64,000 bases of DNA from the NCBI GenBank assembly GCA_965202585.1, contig OZ241829.1, positions 19,778,001-19,842,000 on the forward strand, given 5' to 3'. The notes beneath the pieces were generated by a model. It had not been told where the DNA came from, ran no database searches, and saw only the letters and a list, made by a program, of their open reading frames with translations. Shown here one piece after another: positions 53,501 through 64,000 of the stretch (within the stretch, counting starts at the first letter, position 1; every line of letters begins with the position of its first letter). The DNA is from Thalia democratica. Lineage: Eukaryota. A program made the position numbers and the translations under genes.

Positions 53501-56500
53501 CGTGAATGGATAAGAAGTTTGGGAAGTTGTTATCAGTTTTGATTGAAAATAACTCTCCTTTTCTTAAAATTTTCAGCGCTGAAAGTTGCCTCTAACAAGC
53601 GAGTTTAAATTATATTTGGCCCATTTTTATATGCTTTGTTTTTACTTTAAATTTCAATTTTTAGTCATTAAAAGAAGCTAAGCATGTAGCTTTACTTAAT
53701 CAAACTACCAAGAAGATATTTGATTATGTTAAGTAATAAAGTAAAGCTTTTAATATGTACTATGCTTAATTAAAACCATTTATATCAAGTAGTATTAATT
53801 AAATATTTAATAATTCTAACTACTTACTGCGTGCTTACTCTTTAGATACACTAAGAGTGACCTTTATAAAAGGGTAAATATACATTGGTAAAATAAAAAT
53901 AATTTTTCTGATTAATGTTTCCTAAAAGTTTATACAAACTCTTAATCATAAATAAAGCTAAATCATAGCTTACTTACGTTAATCTGTATATAAGCTTTAT
54001 TACAGTGTTTGAGTAATTAATAAAAGATACAGATTATAGACTAAAGGATATTAGCACAAATTAAGTTATATCAAAACCAGTTCTATCAAGTGAGATTGAT
54101 TAAAAAGTTGATCATTCTAATTTTTTTCTGCTTGTTTGTTTAAAAAAATAGATACAACGATCAGATTGAAACTATTTTGAGCATAAAAATCCGTTTTAAA
54201 ATTATCGATAAACAGTAAAAAGTATGGTTTTGAGTGTTTTATTTATTTAACGGCTTATGATGTTAAATTAGGTTACAACATACTTAAGATATTCAAATTC
54301 AAGGTATTTTTTTAACTTTTAATCATTTCAAATTTAAATTCCAACAACTGACTTTATTTTTTCAACTCAAAACCACCTACATTTCAAATTGACCTTTTTT
54401 CTCTCTTTTAGTAACAATCTTTAAATTTAAGTCTTCGATCGAATTTATTCATATCAAAGTTCATTTACGTGTTTCTTTTAATTCTTTAATACTTTTAAAA
54501 GTGTTAAGCACTAGTAACGAAAGCTAAAGAGCGAGCTTTAACCTTGAGACAACATGATTTACACAAAAATTATGTATATAAAGTAATGCACAAAATAAAT
54601 ACTAACCTGTATGGACTGGTAAACAGTTAAGTAACTGAGGTTATTGCCTATCAAGGCAACTAGGTTTTGTTTTTTTTAATTTATAAAAATTCTGTAAATA
54701 TTGTAACTTTTGTTATTTCGTGTAAGATATAATGATAATTTGCTACAGTTTTTGTTTTTGCTCGAGCGATTAAAAACTGCTTCTATTTAATTTAAACTTT
54801 AAATAAGTTTAAAAAGACAAAAAATTAAAAAAAGACTAAAAGCTATATGTAGTTTATATCCACTTTAAATTTGCAACTTAGTTTAATTTTAAGTTATATT
54901 TTAAAAATGTGTATTTTATGTCGAAACTCATCATTACATTAAAAAAGTTTGTAAAACGATAAGTTAAGAACATTAATAAGTGTTTATTATAAACGTTTAA
55001 TCTTAAACAGTAGTTTAATACTTAATAATTACACAGTAAATAATTATTATAAACCTCATTAATCTAATACACTTAGCTAATTAAAGTTTACTGCATATTA
55101 GCTAAACTATATTATACACTGTTATAAACCTTAAACAACGATTTATTCTAGTTTCCTTATCTGTTTAAAACAAAGTTTCAAAAACTTTGCTAAAACTAAA
55201 AGCTCTACTGAAACTACAGCAAGCTAAAACATATAATAATTCCATCACAAATGCTCTTTTGTTCTAACATATTTTGGTTGATAAAAACATCCTTTGATAA
55301 GTGTTAATTAGTTTACAGTATATAAAGCTTATCGTAATCACCTAAACTTTTATTTACTAGATAACTAATTTGTACAAATTATCCAAAAACATTGGCTTCA
55401 ATGGTAAACTATACTTTGCTAATTTAAAGCTATATTTTCTTTTCTAAACACTTAATAAATACAAACAAGTGATAAATAATGTTTTACGTTCAAGTCAACT
55501 TTACATAAACTAAAAATAAATTAATATCTAAATAGAGACAAAAACGTACTTCAAAAAATTACTGGAACATTTATGTTAAAAAAGTGATTTTAGTATTTTT
55601 GTTAACAGGTCAAAATCTAAGATTCAAAAATACAGAGTAATAAAAAAAAAAGACTATGGCTACAGCTGCATAAACTATATAGATCGCTGATATATTTAAA
55701 TAACAAGTTTAAGTATAATGATGAGGGCTACCTTTAAAAATTCAACAAATAAAATACTTAAATTACATTTTTATATCACCAAATAAAAGTTAACTAGTAT
55801 AAAGGTTTCTGCCAAAATCATTAAAAAGATGTTCTTAATTATTTAATTAACTTACACGTTATAGTGGTATGTATAAATATTATCACCATAAACAATTGAG
55901 TTTGTTTTACTCATAACTTTACTAACTTTCAAAACTACTCTTAAATATACTTCTAAAACGAATTAAAACTCTAACATAAAATAAACTAAATTACCTTTTA
56001 GTTTATTTATAGTTTTAAGAACTATTTACCACTTAATATGATTACCATTAAAAAGCTTTGAAATATCATAAAATATATTAAAGTTTCGATTCACATTAAC
56101 AGTTTAGTAGAAATTTACAAAAGCTAAATAGTTTATAATATATACATATTTTAAGCTAAGCTTATACGTTCTATTTTACTTAAAACAAACTTTTTCATAC
56201 CTGAAGATCTTCAAACTAAAATTCCATGTTTATTTAATGTCATTGAAAACAAGCATATATAGGTAAGCCACGTGCGACGTGTCAAGAAACACATAAGTAA
56301 CTAAATTGCTTCTAATTTGTTACATTTCGCCCTTCTTGTTTTATATGTATGGTTATCAGTGAGGTATGATTGAAGTATTTGTTATTTATTTATGGTCAAC
56401 AAAAATGTTTTCACAAACAGTTATATTTAGACGACTAAAATAAAAGAAATTTTTGAAGAAATTTTTGGATAGGCAAAATACATACAATAAATTCAATGGT

Positions 56501-59500
56501 AAAATGTTACACATAAACTAACACAATTTCTTTAAATTTAAGTTAATATATTATATTGATAAACTTATTATAAGCTTAAGTAAGAAACACCAAAATGAAC
56601 TTTGTTAATGTTTTAACATTTCTTTATAGTAAAAAGCATCAATTAAAAATAATATTTAAAAATAAATAAACTTTCTGCATAAATCGTAAAATTGTATTCT
56701 TAAAATTTTAAACAAGTTTAGATTATATTATAATACGAATAAATAAGATTTAATTTACTCTGAACTAGACGTTAGCTATTAACACAGTAAGTAAAAGAAT
56801 AAATTCGTTTAGAAAACTTTTGTTATGTTTTAGTACATGGCTGGGTCTTTATTAATTTTTTAACTAAAATATCTAATTAACGAATGCATTGTTATACTTA
56901 AAGAATTTTTATAACAAAATTTATTAAATATCTAAAACAGTATTTATAAGTGTTATTTTTCTTAGCTAGTATCCATTTTAGTAGTAACTCTAACAAACAG
57001 TTCTACTTTAAAATTTAATTTTACACAAACTACAACTGCAAAAGCTTTAATTAAATTAAATGTTTATCGAGAATTAAAAAGAACAAATAATTATGTAGAG
57101 ATTGATCAATAAAATAGTTTTATAACAAACGTAGAGTAAACTGACTACTGCAAAAATTTTGTAAGAAACTTTTAAATTGTATAAAAGTAGTTTGTCAAGT
57201 CGACATAATTTAAAAAGAAGTTTTTAAAAACAATAAAGCTAAAAAGCCTATTTTGCACTTTAGTGTTCTGAAATTCAACTTAGTCTTTAAAATATATATA
57301 CTTTTTTTTTTAATTGGTAGAATATTAATCTTACAAGGTTAAAAAATAATGTTTAATGAAATAGCAATATTAAAACAAATTTTACTTTTTTTACTTCTAA
57401 TCAAGTCCAATAAAGTATTATTAAGCTTGAGTTTGTATACAGTACCTTAATAAAATTTACATTCAATTATATTTAAAGCTGTTTTATTTTACTAAAAGCC
57501 AAGTTGAAAAATATTTTTTTTTAACCGTCATAAACTAAAATAAGGAATTATTAGTGGTAGACTTGAATTTAAAAAAAACATCAAGTTTATTTCATCAACC
57601 TATTGAATCGATCTTTACATAAAAATAAAATTTAGCTGTCTAAATGAAATCAACTAAATAAGATAATCTAATCAGCTCTAAAACGAAATCAAGGTCTTAA
57701 ATCAATTTAGTTGGTAAACAAGTTTTACCAATTTACGACGTCATCAAAAAACTCAATTTTTAAGATAAAAGCCTAAGCAATAAACATAATAATAAACAAC
57801 AACAAGTATAAAATGAAGAAACAAACTCAAAAGCAAACTCAAAACAGCACAAAAAAATCAGAGCTACTTTTTAGTGGATATAATTTTACAGGGCAATACA
57901 CAATGCGCAGCAGACGACTCTTTACAGCATGAAAGCAGTAGGTTTGTATGAATTACTTCATGAATAATAAATACTACCAGCAAAACTGTGTGAGAGGTAC
58001 AGCTACTAAGCAGCCATCGGCAGTTTTCAGTTCAAGAAATCTAGCTCAAATGTTTTACAGTTCATACAAGCAATATTTCTGATTTTAGTCCTTTAAACAG
58101 TGTAAGTTCGTTTTTTAGGTCTAAACTTAAAACCAATATGTACAATAAATATGTCTGATAGATGAAATATTGAAGCAATACTTTTAAGTAACTTTGCACC
58201 ATACTATATATGTATATATATTGAATAGGTTGTAATTTGGTTTCTTTGAACTTAAACAATTAAAGCGTGTTTCTTGAAAATTGCTTGTGTACTTTTAACA
58301 ACCTGGAAAGCAAGTAGTATTACAATGGTTAGTAACAATTAATAAAAAAAAAGTAAAACTGGGTTTTAGTTCATTTTTACTTATAAATTTGTTTTGTATG
58401 GTTCAGAATTTAATGAAAATAGTCTGGAATTAGACAAATAAATATATAATAAGCAAAACAACAGTTTCGTTACAGTTTTGCAGTTAATTGCAAAAAAAGT
58501 AGTTGTATGAGTCGTTCTTATGCAAAAGTGGAAAGTAAACTTTTTACTATTTGAACTCTTAAGTATGGAAAAATATAAATTCAAAGCTAGCTATGTTGAT
58601 TAAAAACAAATTTTAGGTTTGATCATCCCTTAAAAGTACGCAAGTAAAGCTTTGAAGAAATAGGTCAGTTGGAATACTTCTACTTTATCGATTTAAACAC
58701 AAAGTTCTTTTTAGCAGAAATTTTGACAAAATTTTCAGCTTAAAGATATTACACACAATTATTTGTAGCCAATTTTTTAGTATATAAAGTTTTGAAACTG
58801 TAACACTGATAGGTGATGTTTAACAAGAAAACGAAAGCAATATTGTTTTATCTTTAAAGTTTTAAATGGAATTTTAAATAACATTTATTAAAAACTCGTA
58901 AGCAATGGTAATTTTTTTCCTATACAAAAAGTTATTTAAAATAAACAGAATATGAAATTTGATAGTTTTTAATAACTTTTTTAAAACTAAGTTATAAGAC
59001 AAGTAGAACTTTATAATTTCAAAACGAAATGTTAGCTTTATTTGAAAAGGAATTTAAAGCTTTTTAAAGTTTGGTTTTAATAGTTATTTTTTACAATCCT
59101 TTATGTCCATAGTACTTGGTATACATTTTTACTGCAATTGCAACTGAATTTTGAATGATAAGATAACCACAAATGAAAATGCATAGCAAAATTATCAATA
59201 ATAAAAACATAACAAATAAGTTTAAAAGATAAAATTCATGTAGTAATATAATAAATAAGCGCATTTAGCATGTATAGTAATTGTTTTATTTAAGCTAGTT
59301 GGTCAAGGATAAAACTAATCCAACTCACATTCACTTAGTGTTTATCTTTCTCAGCGGTCAAGTTGCTTTTCTTAAGTTTACATTTCAATTGCTGTCTACG
59401 CTTAGAAGCCTCAGTATTGATTTGTTTCTGCTAATTCTTTACAGAGTAGCAAAAACAACTCTGCCTAGTTTAAAAAAGCCACTGCTAAAGTACATCCACA

Positions 59501-62500
59501 ACTAACAGTCTTTAAGAAGTGCATGATGCTAAACCATTTACTTTAATTTTATCATATTAACCACAAATTTAATAGTTTTAATTTTTTATTTAAATACAGA
59601 ACTGTTTGGCAACATTCTTATATCTCACAATACATAACTTGTGAAAAAATATTTTTTAGAATCATTAGAACACATATTTATATTCTATGGAATAATTTGT
59701 TAAAACAAACACTAATTTAAATTTTCTATAAAACATCTATTAAAAAAAGCAATTTAAATTGTATCATTTATTTACATAAACATTAACTCAAAACATTTGT
59801 TTAAAATAAGCCCGATTACTTTCATAAAAACCAACTTAAACTATATTTAGTATTATTTATTAAAACTTTTACCTAAAATATGTGTAGTAGAACTGCTGAT
59901 TATTATAAAGTTAAGTATGCAATCAAAATTTACAGTACAATTTAATCAATCACTTTTACCACAATTAAACTTCAATAAAAGCACTGAATTTAGGCAACAA
60001 ATAAACTTTAGTAACCAAAATTAATCACATATGCAAGTTAATTTCTAAAACTTTAGCAATTTTACATCTTACAGCTATTTTTGAACACATTTGTGCTAAC
60101 TTTAATGACTGTATAATAACTCACAATTTTTTAGTGTTCAGTAATTTGATTAAATAAAAAGCAACTTAACACTTAAACTAAAGTAGAAAAACACTTTTAT
60201 AAAGGTTAACCCAGTTTTAAAAAGAAATATTAAACTTTTCCATTTTTAAATATTTAGGCAGCAAGATATCTTAGTTTTTTTATGTATTTTAAAGTTTATT
60301 CTTTTGCTTGAACCCAGTTTGATAAAAACAGCTAACTAATTTTAAACACAAAAACTTTTGTAGCATTTTCACAAAACAAAATTGTAGGTCTTTATTGAAG
60401 CTACTTGTAAAGTAAAGTAGTTTTCCCAAAAGAACTAAACAAACAGTTTTTCAAATATTTGCATTATTTAAACGGCTTGACTATTTTTATCCCAAAAACA
60501 CTCAAACAAGTAGAAAATACAGTGAAATTCATGTAGTTTCAAATTCCAGTATCATAACTAAAATTTACAATTTATCTAATAAAAAATTTAGAGTATTAAA
60601 TAAAAGAATTTTATTACAACTATTTACTAACCTATTATTACACTGTAAATATTGCAACTGATTATGAATATGTCTCTAAAATAATGTTTAATAATTTCAT
60701 CCACAAACTTAAAACCTTAAACAATTTATACTAATACAAGACGGTATGATGTTGTAAAAAAACCTCATAAATAGATTTTAAAAGTTGATAAAAAAACAAG
60801 CAAAGTTTTTGTATCTCAAACATACGCAACACTACTAACAAAACTGCTATACCGAAAACGCTTATTCTCAGTTTAAAACATCATTTCCACATAAACTTGC
60901 AATAAAACCCAACAAAATCACAGTAGATGGCAACTAGCTCAACACGTTTCCAACCGCTCATCACAAGACAGCAGCAAGCAGGAACAGCCGTGAAATAAAC
61001 ACTAGCAGCTCACAAAGCAAATAAGCCAGCCCGATATTTGGCTTTTCAAAACACACTTTTGCAAGCTTAAAATTGTTTCTCGTTTGCTTTTCCATGCAGT
61101 GAAGTTTTAAGCTGAAGCGTTTGAGTTTCCAAATTAAAAGAGAGTTGCTGTTTGAGTTTATTTTCTAAATAAGTTAAATCTGTTGTTCAACTTTTTTCTA
61201 TCTGAGTGTTTTTACACTAGATTAAATTAAAATTTACTGTTTTTATGTTCCAAAATTTCTACTTGTGTTTTTAAATTGGGTTTATGCTTTTAAATTCGTT
61301 GGTGTAAATTTTCTGTCAATTTCAATTTATCTATTTCAAAATAGTTTTCTTAATCAAACTAAACCGTTTTTTTATTGTTTTAATATTTTGTGTACTTTTT
61401 ATTTCATTTTTATCAAGGATTTTTTTTTTCTAATTTATACTACTTGTTACTAATTTTTATAAGCTTTACATACTTTTAATTTCTTTTTGTAAACTGTATA
61501 AGTTTTCTAATGGGATTTCAGACATTTCTTTTAACATGGGTATACAGATATACCACTAACAATTTTTTACATGTAACATTCCAAGCCCTATATAAAAAAT
61601 TTAAAAGCAACTAAAGTACAGTAGAAAGCTAATTTAGCTTTTAACAAGTATGTGGTATTCATTCACTAGCTTTTAAGTTAGCTTAAAGAAGGTTTAAACT
61701 ACTTTTGGTTTTTTACATCCTATACATCTTTGTTACTACCTTTTTTTACCTTAACTTTTAAAATACTGGAAAAGTTTTTACTGGATATTTTCTAACTTTA
61801 TCAAATGCTTCCAACTGCTTTAAGTTTTAACGAAACTTGTCACTTTGGTAAGGTTTTAATACCATATTTTTTAAAAAAAATTCTGCTTTAAAGCTTTTAA
61901 ATTTCTAAATTGAAAAACTGACTAATAAAATTGATCAAACATGATTTTAAACATAAAACAGGAAAAAGCAGTAAGCAGTATTGTTAGACAAGTTTACTTG
62001 AAACCCAACAAAAATTAACGCTCATAAATCATATATTTATGCATATAACATTTATAATTTGACAAGCTATCGTCTAACGAAACACTTAATTAAAGTAAAA
62101 AGGATATGGTAAATTAAGATAAATTAGTTTTTGAGTTAAAATTTCTGCTTACGTGTTAATAAAATATCTTAAGCACAAAATAAAACACAACCAATTAAAA
62201 GTCACATAGATAAACAGCAAGTTGTTTAAAATATTGTATATTATATAAAAACTACTTAAAATTTGTTGTACAAATACATGTTGTTTCAAATAATTTAGGT
62301 AAAACTAGTTCGTGAAAAATATGCCTTTAAATTATTCTAAAAAGTTATGAATATTATAACAAAAATAATAACTCCAAATAAACCAAATCAGTGCTACCAA
62401 AATCGCAAAACTAAAAACTAATGAAATTGCAGAGTTTTATACTAAGTTTAATTTTTCTTGTTTAGATTAATTTACTAGCAAATGTTCTTTTTACAGAAAA

Positions 62501-62612
62501 AACAGCACTATTAAAATATTATAAAATATAAAAAAAATCCACTTTCAGAAACTAGCATTTTTCGGTATAACTTCCGATTTACACGTAAAAACAAACAGCA
62601 ACAAAAACTCAC

Positions 62613-62760
62613 TTGAAGTTCCTGGTACGCCCGAACAGACCCGACCATCTCGCAGTAGAAGCCGAGACCTTTCCAACGATATGCGGATTGTACAACCTTT
62701 GAGAAGCTCAACGTTCAAAACTCGGCGAGCGCAAACAGCGAGGCAGAGAAGCAAGCAGTT
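62613..62760 (-). other. Candidate distal first exon on the minus strand (probably of the BAZ2-like gene), containing an ATG
   Basis: Strong donor cttcaa|gtgagt at 62612; GC-rich; gcgagATGG at 62648 opens MVGSVRAYQELQ up to the donor. The 5' end is approximate. Confidence 0.5.
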
Positions 62761-62789
62761 TTTTTTTCAAATTCATCACAAGTCGCTTT

Positions 62790-62960
62790 ATCAGGCACAA
62801 AACACAGCTAATAGGCCGCTCCAGCGCGCATGCGCCGTGCACACGCGCGCGCATGCTCAAAATTTGCGCGCGCTTTTTCTGCCGCGCGTGTGTGCGCTTG
62901 AAACAAAGTCGTTTTTTTTTTGTGAGCGCGTGTAATATGTGGTGCGCGTTTCCATTCGGG
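62790..62960. promoter_or_regulatory. Probable bidirectional CpG-island promoter
   Basis: Densest CpG segment I saw in the window; NRF1-type gcgcatgcgc at 62826-62835; lies between divergent exon candidates. Confidence 0.6.
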
Positions 62961-62967
62961 CACTTGT

Positions 62968-63138
62968 ATGATGGCTGCGCGCGTTGGATGGCTAATTCTT
63001 CTGCCTATTATTTGCGCTCGCTCTAAACATTTCGCGAGCCGTCGCGGCTTGGGATTTCGCAGTTTCAACGCTGCTTGTGGCACAGAGGTGTTTAACACGT
63101 CGTTTCGAAGCTCTGCTTTTGATGAAGCCTTTCGAGGG
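62968..63138 (+). CDS. Candidate first coding exon of a divergent gene encoding a secreted or membrane protein
   Basis: MMAARVGWLILLPIICA resembles a signal peptide; N-T-S sequon; possible donor ggg|gtgacc at 63139. Family not recognised. Confidence 0.45.
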
Positions 63139-64000
63139 GTGACCTTTTAAGTTTTATGTCGAATTATGAGCCTGAAACGATAATAAAAGTGTTTAAAACT
63201 TTGAAAAATTTTTAGTTTAATATTATAGTCATTTTGGTAAATTAACTTATTGGTAATTTGAACTTTTATAATGTTTTAACTTTTAAAATTTTTTAATTTA
63301 AAATTTTTTAATATTAAAATTGTCATTAGCATAGTTTCCGAATTAATAGTTAAGCTTTTATATTTTATATTTCATAAGATATTAAGTACTAAATACTGTT
63401 CTAAACCTTTTTAATTAAACACGTATCATATTACTTCAACAGTTTAAAACTTTTTTAGGATTAATTTATTGGTTTTTTTACAAAGAACTTATCACATAAA
63501 AGCAATATCATTTTGGTAGTTATTATTTCATTAAACTATTGTGCCATCAAAATAGTGAAACGTATTTAACTTTTTACTGTTTTTTTATTCAAATAAACAC
63601 TACATTATTAAGATAAAGGTTATAAGAAAAAATAATATTTATTTATTATTTCCTGGGAAAAAATTTTAAAAGTGTGGTTTTTGAACAAACTTTCAACTAA
63701 ACAGTATAATCATTTAAAAAAGCTTTCTTTTGAATTCTACTTCAATCATAAAGTTTATCTTAAAAAAAAACATAAAAAAAATAGATTTAAAATGAAAACT
63801 ATTTATGAAGCTATATTAATAAAAAACCACTTTGTATGTTAATACTAAATTGTAAAATTTAAATTATAAATTTAGTCTCAATTAAATTAGTAGCATTTGA
63901 TTTTACTGTGTTTTTTTCAGGATATATTGTGAGTAGATACAATGAAAAATTGTACAACTAAAAATTAAAATAACCTTTGTAATAAAACTAAAATAAAACC

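Noticed and set aside
783-61453. The many 60-100 aa F/L/K/I/N-rich ORFs in introns and upstream DNA
   Set aside because: Composition matches random AT-rich DNA, many start at non-ATG codons, and none has recognisable domains.
34330-62600. 10-bp periodic A/T-tract signal (PATC-like) in the long non-coding region
   Set aside because: A/T tracts are abundant but periodicity cannot be established by eye; needs AA/TT autocorrelation against shuffled sequence.
1-64000. Transposon or retroelement coding remnants
   Set aside because: No transposase, reverse transcriptase or integrase motifs in the ORF track, and no clear terminal repeats with target-site duplications noticed. Non-autonomous elements cannot be excluded without a repeat library.

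Overview
AT-rich animal (metazoan) genomic DNA with spliceosomal GT-AG introns. I found no prokaryotic features, CRISPR array, rRNA, tRNA or recognisable transposase. The main feature is one minus-strand gene, which I assembled by hand into 39 phase-consistent coding exons (34249 to 4858, 5883 nt, about 1960 aa). It encodes a BAZ2A/BAZ2B/Toutatis-type ISWI accessory subunit: Met/Gln-rich N-terminus, TAM/MBD, coiled coil, DDT, WHIM1, WSD (WHIM2+3), bromodomain and acidic tail. The PHD finger usual in this family appears to be missing. A convergent plus-strand RRM-like exon lies at 381-708. The ~28 kb upstream region has no convincing coding exons but carries several CpG-rich islands that look like alternative first exons or promoters. 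It ends in a probable bidirectional promoter at ~62.6-63.15 kb with a divergent signal-peptide-type exon. The most unusual signals concern splicing. Half of the donors are GTT-type and about a quarter of the acceptors are A/C-rich without a pyrimidine tract. TACTAAC copies precede two weak AT-rich exons. Short tandem duplications, four of them with a 31-bp period, cluster at exon boundaries and some copy splice sites. The palindrome TGACGTCA is also strongly enriched inside coding exons. The taxon cannot be fixed from the sequence alone; a tunicate is only a guess. All counts were made by eye and should be confirmed computationally.
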